From contig NC_043001.1 of assembly GCF_006345805.1 (NCBI RefSeq), positions 54,436,001-54,500,000 on the forward strand: 64,000 nt of DNA, in the 5' to 3' direction. The notes under the pieces were generated by a model. That model did no database searches. It was not told where the DNA came from and worked only from the letters and a program-made list of their open reading frames with translations. Positions 51,257-64,000 of the stretch are shown piece after piece. This stretch comes from Octopus sinensis. Lineage: Eukaryota. The position numbers were made by a program, and so were the translations under genes. Each line of letters begins with the position of its first letter. The first letter of the stretch is position 1.

Positions 51257-51659
51257 TGTTTCGTTTTCTCTTAAGATAATGAAGTCACATTAGTAATAAT
51301 GAAGTCACATTAGAACGGAACTGAATTTAAAAATAAGCTCTGCTATCATTCGCAATCGAACGAGACCTAGTGGCAACATACCCAAAGCCGTCGTTCTTGT
51401 TTAAGTGTCTATGTAGATGTAATCAGACTCAGCCATTCTCTCAACCTTCACACTGGTGACACAGCGGAAGCTCAATGGTTGCAGCATAAAAGTATTTGCC
51501 GAATACTTTTATCGACTCCGAAAAGACGACAGGTGAAGCTAACATTGGAGGGATTCGAACTTTGAAATTAAAGTGCCGGAACACATATTACCAGGCATGT
51601 TGTTCGGTGCTTTAATGACTCTTACTTCATGGAGTTTAGAATAATATCCAAGTAATTTA

Positions 51660-52195
51660 TATTTCAAAATTTGACACAAGGTCAGCAATTTCAGGATTGG
51701 GGATAAGTCGATTACATCTACTCCAGTGTTCAATTGGTACTTATTTTATAGGCTCCGAAAGGATAAAAGGCGAAGTCGACCCCGACAGCATTTGAACTCA
51801 GAACGTAAAGATGGACGAAATGCCGCTAAGCATTTTGCAGTGCGTGCTAACGATTCTGCCTGCTCGGTGCTTTAAATTTATTATAAATATTTTTAATTTA
51901 CAACTAATATTCAATTGATAAAAGAAAATAATTCTTGGAAAACAGCAAATCATCTTATTTATCTGACGTCATTATCAATAGATAAACGAAGGTGGCGATC
52001 AGGCTAAATCGTTAGCTCGTCGGACAAAAAATATGGCGGAGTTTCTTCTTGCTTTTTACGTCTTGAGTTCAAATTCCACCGAGACTGAACTTGCCTTTCG
52101 TTCTTTCAAAGTCGATAAAGTTAGTTCCAGTTGAACACTAGTTCGATGTAATGGACTTCTCCTCAGACTTACTGGTTTTGTGTCAGAATTAGAAA
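51660..52195. mobile_element. Divergent pair of SINE family A copies (51660-51872 minus, 51989-52195 plus)
   Basis: Family A motifs in opposite orientations. Confidence 0.75.
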
Positions 52196-52521
52196 AAGTA
52201 TTAAGTGTACGAAAGGTAGAGAATAGAAACAATGGAGCGCATCAGGTCACATTTTGGGCTCATATCTTGTCTTCGTTACTTATCCTCTTGTCACTAAAAT
52301 GTATACCAGTCGAATATGGTGTTCGATCTAATTGTTTTTACATAGTCATCCTCTTCTTTGAAAGCCTTGAGGTTATGTATAGGCATTTAAATTGTATAAG
52401 CCTTGTCCAATTTACTCGGAGAAAGGAAATGCTCGACAGCACCTAAAATTTCCAAGCAGCCAGAATCAAAAATACAAAGGTCGTAGCTAGGGATTAACTT
52501 CCTTTTGTTTCTTCTTTACAG

Positions 52522-52547
52522 CCTAAAATTAGCAACGTTGCACTCAT
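52522..52547 (+). CDS. Weak candidate 26-nt exon (PKISNVAL in phase 0)
   Basis: Strong polypyrimidine acceptor ccttttgtttcttctttacag| and possible donor cat|gtacgt. Phase 0 fits the end of exon 44312-44856. Confidence 0.2.
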
Positions 52548-52781
52548 GTACGTTTGCTTTTCATCATTGCATTTTTTCTATTCATTTTTTTTTCAGTTAT
52601 TTTCTGTACCTTTATCCCAATATTTTCGACACTTCATTTTCAGCCAAGCGTAGAAATATCGGGGTTTTTTTTTAATTTTGTTTCAATAGTTCAATTTTGT
52701 CAAAAAGAGAGGATTGTGTTCAATATCTTTTCAGATCTTCCCAGATTGCCAACATTGAAAGGGCTGATGTTCTGTTTAAAC

Positions 52782-53082
52782 CAGTGATTCTCAACCGGGG
52801 TCCATATAAGATTTGGGGTAAGGGTGGGATGGGGACACACAATCAAAATGTACACTGGGGCCACAGTGTACATTGCTTTAGATGTATTTATTGCAAGAAA
52901 CAGCTAGGTTTCTTCCATTGACATTTTACATCGTTCAGCCTACATAAGGGAATGTGTAATAAACAAAATAGAAATTTTGAAAGAAGTGTCTATGTAACTA
53001 GTTTATAAACACCAAATGGCTATGGGGATCCACCAGAATAAAGGGGGTCCATAGATAAAAAAAAAATGGTTGAGAACCACTG
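52782..53082. mobile_element. hAT (Charlie-like) MITE, same family as 23386-23729 in the opposite orientation
   Basis: TIRs cagtgattctcaacc / ggttgagaaccactg. TSD gtttaaac / atttaaac. Internal gcaagaaacagctaggtttct shared with the 23.5-kb copy. Confidence 0.85.
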
Positions 53083-54093
53083 ATTTAAACACTTGGAGGT
53101 CTACGACTGCAGAAAAAATGTGGGCAAGAAGGGAATTCTTGTGAGTTGTCGCTCCAGGGAGGAAGGATTGAATTGTAGAAGTTAGTGTGCAACCTGAGGC
53201 TTTTAAGATAGTCTGGAAGATGGTAAGAGGAGAGAGGGGTGTTTCAGGTTATTGTTGTTCTCGTTATCGTTGTTGTTCATCTTCATCTTTCTCTTCTTGT
53301 TTAGTCTTAAACCAACCCTCATTGAACAGACATTCCAGTTGTAACCATCTCGTCTTTTTCCTAAGAGCAAGGAATCCATGACCACATCTTCCCAATATGT
53401 CCTTTTCTATGATGGTAGTTTATGATTTGGTTGCTATTTCTAGCTGATCGAACGACCACATAGAGGCTCCTTGTATGGTTCACCGGCGTATCAGAAACTT
53501 CTTTTGTAATGACCTACTTTTGATTTTTTTTTGTTTTACTTTTGCCTATGATATACATCTATAGTACGTCTTACATACTAAAATATGTAAATCGTAAACG
53601 AAAAGGTTGACCCATAAATACAGACTATCTGAAAATCATTTAGAAAAGAACCACACTAAATGTCCTTATGGCCCATCTATTGCCGACCCTTACCAGGTGA
53701 GGACAATATACACCAAGCTAGTCCATAGCCGCAGATGACGTTGTAACACCCCGCTTAGATGTGTGATTGTGTGTCATTATATCTATATACACATACAAAC
53801 AAACATTCATCTGCACGTACGCACACACACACACACACGCACTATGAAAATACATTTACAGTTACACAAAAAGACTGATACCCCCACACTAACACATATA
53901 TACAAATAAACGCACAAACTGTTGTGTGTGTATGTGTACGTGCGCGCGCGCACGTGTACGTGTAGGCGAATGTTTGTGTCTATATATAAATATACTGACA
54001 CACAATCACACCTCTATACACCAACAAATAAAAATGCACACTTTTTCATTGATAGACTCTCCGGCAGGAAACTTACAAACACACACACACACA

Positions 54094-54152
<59 letters not shown>

Positions 54153-54322
54153 ATATATATATGAGAAACTAATTTTTCACACCCTCCAAACACCTACACG
54201 AAACATACAGAGATAGACCTATAACCTCGCACTCGCATTCGCTCTTCTGTCCTCGAAAATTATTCACTCACTCCTTCAAATTTCGGACAAGCTTTACATT
54301 AGCATTTTCGATTATATTTCCG

Positions 54323-54360
54323 CTTTTTTTCGAAGAAGGACTAATTCCGAAACGTTGAAG
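54323..54360 (+). ncRNA. Degenerate minimal hammerhead motif
   Basis: cuuuuuu UCGAAGA A GGA cuaau UCC GAAA CG UU gaag. The 5' end of the core has decayed. Confidence 0.4.
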
Positions 54361-55383
54361 TTAACTTTTTTTATTTATTTTTGAAATCAAATTAATAATT
54401 TTGATCGTGAACTTAAGTCATCGAAATTATTTTTGTTTTTGTTTGTTTTGGGGGATTCGCCATCGATATATTTATATGCGTGTATATGTATATGTTTTTG
54501 TACATACAGGAGTGTATGCGTGTGTGTGCACTTCATACTGCCCAAAACACTATCTTTAAGATAGTGTGTTAGCACTAATGTGTGTGTGTGTGGACCCGCG
54601 TTTGACGGGTCTACATCTTTGACTGTATATTTGTGTATATGTCTGCATGTATGTCTGTATTTGTGCGTGTGTGTGGATCGAAAGGGAATCTTGGCTGGAG
54701 TTCATGACGTATGAATGTTGTTCTAATGTTAACGTGACATTTTCATGAGGTTTCCTAATTTGCCGCCAATATTTAGATATTAGAATGAATTAGACACGCA
54801 ATAAATAGATAAATAAATACATAAATATACAAGTAAATAAAACCGACCAACGGAAACTTGAGAAGGTGAAGGATTGTTAGTAAATAGTGTTTATCTTCTG
54901 TAGTACTGGCAACCTTTAGTTATAAGGTTATGATAGTTGGGCTATACATACATGCCTACAGATACATGCAAATGTGTGTGTGTGTGTGCGTGTTTTAACA
55001 CATTTAGGGCAGGGAGCATTAAATAAGTCAATTAGAAATAAATATTCGGTTCGGAAAAAAAAAATTATGTTAGATGCTGGGAGACCATCAGCTTGATTCC
55101 CAAAACGGTCACTGACATAGTAAAGTGGTTAGCTTCTTGAGCGCAAAGTTCAAGGCTCGGAAGGCTTCGTGGCACCTAAGGCAAATGCTTATATGCTACC
55201 ATAACCTGCTCGAGTTGCCCAATATTTTGTGAGTGAAACTGTTAGACAAAAAATGGCTGTCGGATAGCTTGCCTAGCCGCATTCGTTCCGGCTTGCCGCG
55301 CTCTGAGTTCAAATGCCACTGAAGTTAACTTTGCCTTTAATTCCTCTGAAGTTGATATAATTCCGGTCCTCTGCTGAACTTGA

Positions 55384-55580
55384 TTCTTCTTCTTCTTCTT
55401 CTTCTTCTTCTTCTTCTTTTCTTCTTCTTCTTCTTCTTCTTCTTCTTCTTCTTCTTTTCTTCTTCTTCTTCTCTTCTTCTTCTTCTTCTTCTTCTTCTTC
55501 TTCTTCTTCTTTTCTTCTTCTTCTTCTTCTTCTTCCTTTCTTTCTTTCTTTCTTTTTTCTTTCGCTCTCTCTCTCTCTCC
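55384..55580. repeat. (CTT)n microsatellite grading into (CTTT)n/(CT)n
   Basis: Direct inspection. Confidence 0.95.
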
Positions 55581-55750
55581 TTCTGAAAGGAATTGATAAT
55601 GATCATATCAAGAGGAATGGGTTCCGTCAGGTCTTAAAATGCCCAAGAGTACAGGTATGTCACAACGAGGCTTGTACAATACAATCAAAAACTGAGGACC
55701 CAAGGGAAATCAAAGCAATACATAAATACATACATACATACATACATACA

Positions 55751-55782
<32 letters not shown>

Positions 55783-55796
55783 CGTGTGCGGGTGTC

Positions 55797-56225
55797 TAGG
55801 CGCAGGAGTGGCTGTGTGGTAAGAAGCTTGCTTCCCAATCACATGGTTCCGGGTTCAGTCCCACTGCGTGACACCTTGGCCAAGTGTCTTTTACTATAGC
55901 CACGTGCCGGCCAAAGCCTTGTGAGCGGATTTGGTTGATGGAAACTGAAAGAAGCTCGTTGAATATTTATATGTATGTATAAATGTATATATTCATGTGT
56001 GTCTGTCTTTGTGTTTGTGTTTGTACCCCCATCATCGCTTGATAACTGATGTTGGTGTGTTTACGTCCTCGTAACTTAGTGGTTCGGCGCAAGACCTGAT
56101 AGAATGTATACTAGACTTACAAAAAATAGGCCCAGGGGTCGATTTGTTCGACTACATCCTTTTAAGGCAGTGCTCTAGCATGACCACAGTCAGATGTTTG
56201 AAACAAGCAAAAGAATAAAAGAATG
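55797..56225 (+). mobile_element. SINE family B, full length
   Basis: Family B head, internal microsatellite and tail. Others at 11450-11830, 13205-13585, 21770-21968, 38052-38222, 48130-48445 (plus) and 15757-15930, 30716-31140, 58915-59135 (minus). Confidence 0.85.
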
Positions 56226-56365
56226 TATATGTATATAAGATAAACTTACTTGGAAATGGATGTGTGCCGTTCAATGAGTCGATTACATCGACCCCGGTGT
56301 TCAACTGGTACTTATTTTACCGACCCCCGAAAGGATGAAAGATAAAGTCGACCTCGGCAAAACAA

Positions 56366-56489
<124 letters not shown>

Positions 56490-58199
56490 TTTAATAAAGC
56501 CGTTAGAAATGCTGACTATTGGAGTGGATGTTTGCCTTAAGACAAATTAAGTATTAGTGATAGAGGGAGAGGATATTCACGTCCGAAATGCCTTCGATTA
56601 TGTCAGGCTTTACCTGCTTGATCAGAGATGACCTTAAAGTGTTAATGTGAGTTTGGCCTAAGAGGAAAGCTCTACTCTTATACCTTATAAAAATGGGTAT
56701 CTTATGTTGGCACAAGGCGATGCTTTGAAGCATCGTTAAGTACAACAGGCGAAATACTTGAAAGCATTTCGTCTGTCTTCGTGTTCCGAGATCAAATTCC
56801 GCCGAGGTCGACTTTGCCTGTCATTCTTTCGGGATCGATAAAATAAGTACTAGTTCAGTTCTGGAGTCGATGGAATCGACTTACCCTTGTCTTGAGATTG
56901 CTGGCCTTGTACCGAAATTTGAAATCAATATTTTACTACTGATCCCGAATTTCTTCGGTTACAGAAGAATGAAAAGTTCAAGTTGACCTCGACAAGACTT
57001 GAACTCAAACTATAATAGGACGTGATTATGCACCACAAGATATTTTGTCCGGCACACAACGGAATCATGGGTACAAGAAGCAGAAAATTTTACCGATCCT
57101 AGTACTTGTCTAGTACTTTATTTTATCAATTCTTTTAAAATAAAAGTCTAACTTGACCGTGGTATGATTTGAACCGAAAGCGAAATGAGAGATGCAACAA
57201 TATCACACATCTTACTTTAAACTCATTTAAACTCATTTCTACTTAAATTCAACATTTCATGGTTTTGTGTAAACATGTGGCTATATGTTGAATTGAAGCT
57301 GTATGACGTTGATACCTTTCTCCTGAATATGGATGATATACGTACATAAAGTAACATGAACCAAACGTGCTTTCGCTTCGCTTGCAGCTTACTTCTTTAT
57401 CCTTATTACAGAACATTATCAGCAATTACGTTATCATGCACAAGAAAACTAGAAATTCTAAAATAGCAATGATGCGACATTAATTTTGGATCGTGACTTT
57501 CTGATTTAGGAACAGCTGATAATTGCAGATTTTCAGAAATAATATTTCAATTATTTTCAAAATGAATGTCAAAATCTTATCTTGTAAATTATTAAATTAA
57601 ATTTACTAAAATTTCTGCCAATAGTTATTTTTTAATGTTTGACCTTTTATTTGAGTGTAACTGTAAGATAAGGTATTAGAGACTTTATGTTCCTCCAGTT
57701 ATCGGAAGCCTCAAAGTTGATTCTGGCGTTTGTTTCTTCAGTGATGATTCATATATAGGTTGCTTCGTGTGTCGGTTGAGTTGGGTGCTTTAACGTTGCT
57801 TCAAATATAGATTGTTTCAAAACTGACAGAAGCGAAAGTTTTTTGGGAGTTGCTTCAAGTGAAGGTTATTTCAAATTTGTTTCAGACGAAGGTTATTTCG
57901 AAGTTATTTCTTTAGATAAATGTTGCTTCAAAGTTGTTTCAGACGAAGACTACTTCAGACAAAGGATTTATTAAAGTTTTTTCAGCCAAATACTTCTTCA
58001 CAGATGTCGCTGGCGTAGATTATTTAAAAAGAAAGTTGCTGCATTTGACACAAGTAGTAATTATTTCTGCTTACGAAATTTGTTCATGTGAGTTTCAGTA
58101 AAGAGATGCAGTTGGCCTGATTAACAATAGTCTACTATTGGTACTTATTTATCGGCTAAGAAGGATGAAAGGTAAAAGTGGTTCCAGCAAAGTTTGATC

Positions 58200-58520
58200 T
58201 GGAAATGAAACAACAACTTGATACAGTTAAGCCCTTCACAATCGCCAACATTTTAAATGCTAACAATATTGTTTCCATTGTATACAGTGAATATAACAAA
58301 GGCAATAGAGCGACACAGTCTCTTAATAGTTGCGTATCACATTTACCTAAGACCACTCGGTACACCTGCAATCTATTACTTTTATGTTCCACTACCCATG
58401 CCACGCATTAAACGCTTCGTCCAGTCCTGCTTACTTAGAACATTATCCTTCTGGAATACTCACCCTGGCAACATATTCCACATAGAGGTCAGCTTAAAAG
58501 TGTTTATTCTAACTTCAAAC
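58200..58520 (+). mobile_element. Degenerate C-terminus of a CR1/L2-group LINE ORF2
   Basis: VPLPMPRIKRFVQSCLLRTLSFWNTHPGNIF..SLKVF resembles the SFFPRT..LWN.LP..F....L..FK tail motif. Confidence 0.6.
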
Positions 58521-58629
58521 TCAACTTTTGCATCACAAAAAAAAATTTAGAAACTTCAAGGGGTGAGAAATAATTCGTTTTTAATCATAGACTTCGAAAT
58601 AGATAAAACTAGAAATAATAGAGTGTAAA

Positions 58630-58843
58630 TATTGGTTTTAAATTTTGGCACAAGGCCAGCAATTTCGGGGAAGGAGTAAGTCAACTAAATCGACTCCCAG
58701 TACTCAACTGGTACTTATTTTATCGACCCCGAAAGGTTGAAAGGCAAAGTCGACCTCGGCGGAATTTGAACTCAGAACGTGATGGACGAAATGCCGCTAA
58801 GCATTTCGCCCGGCGTACTAGACATTCTGTCAGCTCGTTGCCC
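58630..58843 (-). mobile_element. SINE family A
   Basis: tcgaccccgaaagg.tgaaaggcaaagtcgacctcggcggaatttgaactcagaacg. Further copies at 56276-56360, 56730-56930 and 61335-61488. Confidence 0.85.
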
Positions 58844-58962
58844 TATGTAAATATTGAACAGAAAAAGTCGAAGGCAACGTTCTACTTTTTCTATCCAAAA
58901 GGGTTTTGAATCGAGCACAACACCGGTTGTCAGGCGGTGATGGGGGGTGGGGAGACAAACAT

Positions 58963-58993
<31 letters not shown>

Positions 58994-60774
58994 TCGGGCT
59001 TCTTTCAGTTTTCGTCTACCAAATCCACTCACAAGGCTTTGGTCGGCCCGAGGCTGTGGTGGAAGATATTTACCCAACATTCCACAGTGTGGGACTGAAC
59101 CCGGACCCATGAGGTTGGGAAGCACAGCCACGCCTCTCACGTGACTTCAGCCCTGATTAGCTGCTGACCTTCTACAAAACCGAAGTGTTTTATTAGGAAA
59201 AATTTTTAAATACAAAAAATTGCTCAAGAAAGTGAGATTTGTTAAAAACATGATGCAATAAATGACATTCTTGTCTGCAGTAACTGCATCCTTGAAAAGA
59301 ATTCAGTCCTTAGAGATATAAGAAACACTATGTATTTATAGATATGAATCCACACATTTATTCATAACTTACGCTATGTTGGTATTTTAGTAGTTATTGT
59401 TTTCACGTAGGTTCATTAGTTCTCTTTTCGTTCTGAGTTCAAATTACGCTGAGGTCTACTCAGCTGGAAAACTTAACTGTTCTAATACTACCACCGGGCA
59501 ACTTGTGTCGCCTTTACAGAGTCCACTCTGTTGCAAGGTTCCAAGCCAATTTCTGGTTTGATTGTATATTTCCGTTTCCCACCCACCAGTCTCTGAGATC
59601 CTATCGTTACAGGGTCATGGCCACTATCTTTTCTTCCTGACTATAGGAAAAAAAATTTTTAAATTAAATTTTTAAGTACTGTGATGTCCTACACATTTTA
59701 GCATTGCGCGCCATGCCTAGTTTCATTTGAGATACATCAGATGAGATATTCATAATAACTCATATTCAGATGCTAACCTCGAGTCAATGTCATCTACACT
59801 GATGATTCGAAATGATTCTATTGCTTTTTATCGTTGATGAAGGCTGAAGTAATAGAACGTCGGACAGATTGACTTCTGAGATCGAATGCCAATGTCGACA
59901 TTGCATTTCATATCTAGGGGCTTGATAAAAAGTATGCATTAAATGCCTTTCTATAACAATGATTCTAAAAGCTAAGCTGTTATTATTTATACTGCTTTAT
60001 GTTTCGAGTTCCATTTCATTTTCTGGAGTCAATAAAATAAAAGAAGTGAAATACTGCAGTAAATGTAATAATTAGCTACATTCTTAAATCTTAGTTAAAA
60101 GAGTGATAAAGTAAATAACAATGATATAGTGTGATGTTCGATCCAACTGCGTAACACCCTTGGCAAGTGTCTTTTACCAGATTCGTATCGGCCGAAGTCT
60201 TGTGAATGAAATTCTAAAGATGGAAACTTTGTAGAAGCCCATCAGATAAATCGCCCCTGTTCTTAGATTTAAGTCATCGCTCAGTTAAGCAGTACCATGT
60301 GGATCTTGAGTATCTTTAGCAGAGTCCACTGTATTGCGATCATTTGAACAAGGGTTCCGGTCTGGACGCAACTTCCCCCGCACCTGTCCCAGAGACCTTG
60401 GAAAAAGTAATGAGCGCTATCCTCGACACTTCTTCTGACTAAACTATTAAAAATAATTAGTCAAGTACTAAAGTCGACACGAGCACAAATATAACTATAC
60501 ACACATACACACTTTCGAATACGTCCTTCTATATACATTCATATATTTGTGTGCGTGTGTTTCTTTCTTTGTACGTAGGTACGTATGTATAAATATAAAT
60601 GTATACACGCATAAACATACACGTATATATGTATATCCTACTTTATACACAAACACAAGTACCTATTCACACATATCAACATAAACATAATACATACGAA
60701 CATACGAGACTATATGTATACACTCAAAAACACATATGCAAATACGAACATTTACATATATACATACATAAAAA

Positions 60775-60845
<71 letters not shown>

Positions 60846-61293
60846 TGCATACATATATACATATTTATACATGTATAACATCACATTCACACAGAGGCAA
60901 ACATTTACACCAAATACAGAGATGTACACAGATATTCACACATATATGTACGAAAGCTGATAGTATATTTATCAGCTTCTATCAAGTAGTGAAACCATGA
61001 CCTACGACCTCCACGAATTACCTCATCAGGTCATCGAGGTCACCAACAGTTTTACTTTTATGTTTTCCCATGGAATCATCTAATTAAAAGAAAATTTGCA
61101 GCTGATGCTGAATTACTTGCTGAATGATGGCAGTGATAGTGGTAGTTGTGGCGGTGGCGGTGGCTGTGACGGCAGCGACAGCATGGTGGTGGTGGTGGTG
61201 GTGGTGGTAGTAAAGCACAGCAGTATTAAAATGGAAAGTGAGTATGGGTGTGGCGTGTGTATGAGTGTATGTGCGTATGTGCGTATGTGTAAG

Positions 61294-61333
<40 letters not shown>

Positions 61334-61733
61334 TATATTTCTTTACTACCCACAAGGGGCTAAACACAGAATGGACAAACAAGGACAAGCAAACGGATTA
61401 AGTCGATTTCGTCGATCCCAGTGCTTAACTGGTACTTAATTTATCGACCCCGAAAGGATGAAAAGCAAAGTCGACCTCGGCGGAATTCATACACATATAG
61501 ATATAGTAAAGGCCCGTGACTTAGTGGTTAGGGTGTAGCACTCACAACCACAAGATCATGGCTTCGATTCCCAACGGTGATGTGTCGTGTTCTTGAACAA
61601 AGCTCTTCATTTTACGTTGCTCTAGTCCACTTATCTATAAACGGGTAAACTTGCAACCGACTGTCGTTCCATTCGGGGGAGAAGGTTGACCTGCCGCCTA
61701 GAAAACGTGATGGTATCACTCGAAATTTACAAA

Positions 61734-62150
61734 TAGACGCAGGAGTGGCTGTGTGGTAAGTAGCTTGTTTACCAACCACACGGTTCCGGGTTCAGTCCCA
61801 CTGTGGGGCACCTTGGGCAAGTGTCTTCTACTATAGCCTCGGGCCGACCAAAGCCTTGTGAGTGGATTTGGTAGACGGAAACTGAAAGAAGCCCGTCGTA
61901 TATATGTATATATATATATGCGTGTGTGTGTTTGTGTGTCTGTGTTTGTCCCCCTAGCATTGCTCGACAACCGATGCTGGTGTGTTTATGTCCCGTTACT
62001 TAGCGGTTCGGCAAAAGAGACCGATAGAATAAGTACTGGGCTTACAAAAGAATAAGTCCCGGGGTCGAGTTGCTCGATTAAAGGCGGTGCTCTAGCATGG
62101 CCGCAGTCAAATGACTGAAACAAATAAAAGAGTAAAGAGTAAAAGAGTAA
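61734..62150 (+). mobile_element. SINE family B, full length, young
   Basis: Near-identical to 22589-23005. Confidence 0.9.
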
Positions 62151-62247
62151 TAGTAAGAACATGCAATGAGAATATTGTGCCCAATATATGTATATGGAAA
62201 TACAACCATGGCTAAGGTGGAAATAAGTACTGGTTATATATGCAAAT

Positions 62248-62506
62248 TGGAGGCGCGTGGCTTAGTGGTTAAGGTGTCCGCATCATTATCGTAAGATTGT
62301 AGTTTCGATTCTTGGACCGGGCGACGGGTTGTGTTCTTGAGCAAAACACTTCATTTCACGTTGCTCCAGTCCACTCAGCTGGCAAAAATGAGTAACGCTG
62401 CGATGGACTGGCGTTCCGTCCAGCTGGAGAACCCATACGCCATTGAAACCGGGAAACCGGGCCCATGGGCCTGGCTAGGCTTTAAAAGGGCGCATTTATT
62501 ATTTCA
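62248..62506 (+). mobile_element. tRNA-derived SINE family D (CORE-like plus V-domain-like gcgatggactggcg..ccgtccag), full length with 14-bp TSD
   Basis: TSD ttatatatgcaaat at 62234-62247 and 62507-62520. A box tggcttagtgg. Related copies at 61510-61720 (+), 1853-2190 (-) and 42690-42900 (-). Confidence 0.85.
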
Positions 62507-62564
62507 TTATATATGCAAATAGTAAAATGTACCACTTTTAATTTCGTCTTAGCCATTATACTGA

Positions 62565-63130
62565 TATCAAATTTTGGCTCGCGAGTTCAGAGATGGAAGT
62601 AAATCAATTACATCGACTCCAGTGCTCAACTGGTGTTATTTTAACGACACCGAAAGGATGAAAGCGAAAGTTGTCCTCGGCGGAATTTGAACACAGAACG
62701 TAAATACGTAATGTCACTAAGCATTTTGTCCGGCATGCTAACGATTCTGCCAGCGCACCGTCTTCTGGACATTTTTCTATTGGAATATATTTATCACTTT
62801 AACTATTGGTTTATTTTCATACTTTTCGAAACATCTGCTAAAATGCAAAGCCAAAGTAAAAATATTTCCTTTCTGCCTGGAATATATTCATTTCCAATAT
62901 ATATTAGCGTAAGGTGCAGTGAGCTGGCAGAATCGTTAGCACGTCGGGCAAAATACTTAGGTGCATTATTTCATCCGTCTTTATGTTTGTTCTGAGTTCA
63001 AATTCCGCTAAGCCTGACTTTGCCTCTCATCCTTTTGGGCTCGATAAAATAACTACTAGTTGAACACTGAGGTAAGTAACCGACTTACCCCTCCCCCGAC
63101 CTTGTTAGCTTTGTACCAAAAATTGAAACC
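62565..63130. mobile_element. Divergent pair of SINE family A copies (62565-62760 minus, 62912-63130 plus); another at 63757-63935 plus
   Basis: Family A motifs. Confidence 0.75.
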
Positions 63131-63273
63131 AATGTATACAACAGTCTAATGCGACGATCTGGCAGTTGTGTTACTGCTCCGGACAAAATACTTAGTACAG
63201 TTCTATATTTAAGAGATGAGGAATTATGTACATTATTTATATTTGACGGATATTTGTCCTCATCTTGTTTGTT

Positions 63274-63310
63274 GTTTCGGCTGATATACCCTCTAGCCTT
63301 CATCAGGTGT
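63274..63310 (-). ncRNA. Hammerhead motif in PLE tail; cleavage triplet and stem I 3' strand missing in this copy
   Basis: Minus strand: acac CUGAUGA A GGCU agaggguauauc AGCC GAAAC, followed by aacaaac instead of a GUH triplet and gugu. Confidence 0.65.
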
Positions 63311-63367
63311 CTTGGGGAAATTTTGAACCTGGGTCCTCATTCCTAAGGTATTGTTCTTTGTTATTAT

Positions 63368-63422
63368 AACTCGGAATCTTGGAGTTAGTAGCCCGCGCTC
63401 TTAACCACTGCGCCATATGCCC
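63368..63422 (-). promoter_or_regulatory. tRNA-derived segment (Pol III A box, truncated B box) inside the PLE 3' region
   Basis: Minus strand GGGCATA TGGCGCAGTGG TTAAGAGCGC GGGCTACTAACTCCAAGATTCCGAGTT contains an A box, D-arm GCGC/GCGC, an anticodon-like loop and the start of the T arm. Confidence 0.7.
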
Positions 63423-64000
63423 GTGGGTAATTATGGAATGAATTTTAGGGCTTATAAATTTAATATTCTCCTATCCTTCCTTACTACTGGTTCCCATATG
63501 CTGTTCATATCTGCACTCGGTCTGCTTAGGAGGTTGTTGTATCCTAGCATATGTGCTGCTTCTTTTAGTTTTCGTATTTTCCAGTGGTGTTCTCTGTCTA
63601 TTACTTTAACTTCATCCCACAGGGGGAAGTGATCTCTATTTTTCCATACATGATCAGCTATACCCGATTTATCAATATCTCCCCGTGTCACAGCTTTGCG
63701 ATGTTCCTCTATCCTTATTTTGAGGGGGCGACATGTTTCGCCTTTGTATAACTTACCATACTTAGTGGCATTTCATCCGTCTTTACGTTCTAACTTCAAA
63801 TTCCGCTGAGGTTGACTTTGCCTTTCATCTTTTTGAGGTCGATAAAATAAGTTCCAGTTGAACACTGGGGTCGGTATAATCGACTAGCCCACTTCCTACA
63901 AGATTGCTGGATTGGTGCCAAAATTTGAAACCAATATATATAAGAATCTAGTTTTCTAAGTTGAAATAAAGTACTATTTTTAGATTTGGAATATAATTAA

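Larger units (their letters stand above)
63225..63760 (-). mobile_element. 5'-truncated Penelope/Poseidon-type element: GIY-YIG C-terminus, then tRNA-like segment, then hammerhead motif
   Basis: Minus frame reads GKLYKGETCRPLKIRIEEHRKAVTRGDIDKSGIADHVWKNRDHFPLWDEVKVIDREHHWKIRKLKEAAHM..NSIWEPVV, stop at 63452. CTGATGAAGGCT..AGCCGAAAC lies downstream. Confidence 0.85.

Noticed and set aside
60996-61035. CTGATGA on the minus strand flanked by atgac/gtcat
   Set aside because: No GAAA half-core or stem II, so not called a hammerhead.
61084-61401. Poly-His/Thr/Val ORFs
   Set aside because: (GGT)n and (CA)n repeats running into a SINE tail.
63368-63422. Functional tRNA gene
   Set aside because: T arm is truncated and there is no 3' acceptor strand. 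No intact tRNA, rRNA or CRISPR array was seen anywhere in the window.

Overview
AT-rich, repeat-saturated eukaryotic genomic DNA. The SINE families and microsatellite load look like an octopod cephalopod (Octopus-like; inferred from recognised repeats, not verified). Most of the window appears intronic to one + strand gene: one clear 545-nt coding exon (44312-44856) and three weaker small-exon candidates, two of them phase-compatible with it upstream. Nearly all ORFs in the supplied track are microsatellite or SINE artefacts. The rest comprises about 40 tRNA-derived SINE copies, Penelope-like element (PLE) GIY-YIG remnants, CR1-group, CRE-like and R4-like LINE remnants, a dead DD37D (maT) transposon, hAT MITEs with 8-bp TSDs, a 1.75-kb tandem duplication and several fold-back palindromes. 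The most striking hidden structure is about 12 minimal type-I hammerhead ribozyme motifs from several sequence families. They have palindromic stem III, most sit in or beside (TA)n tracts, and two are physically attached to PLE endonuclease ORFs. One family has a fixed non-canonical core (CUGUNGA), and one PLE tail carries a tRNA-like Pol III head just upstream of its hammerhead. All calls were made by eye; coordinates of degenerate repeats are approximate.
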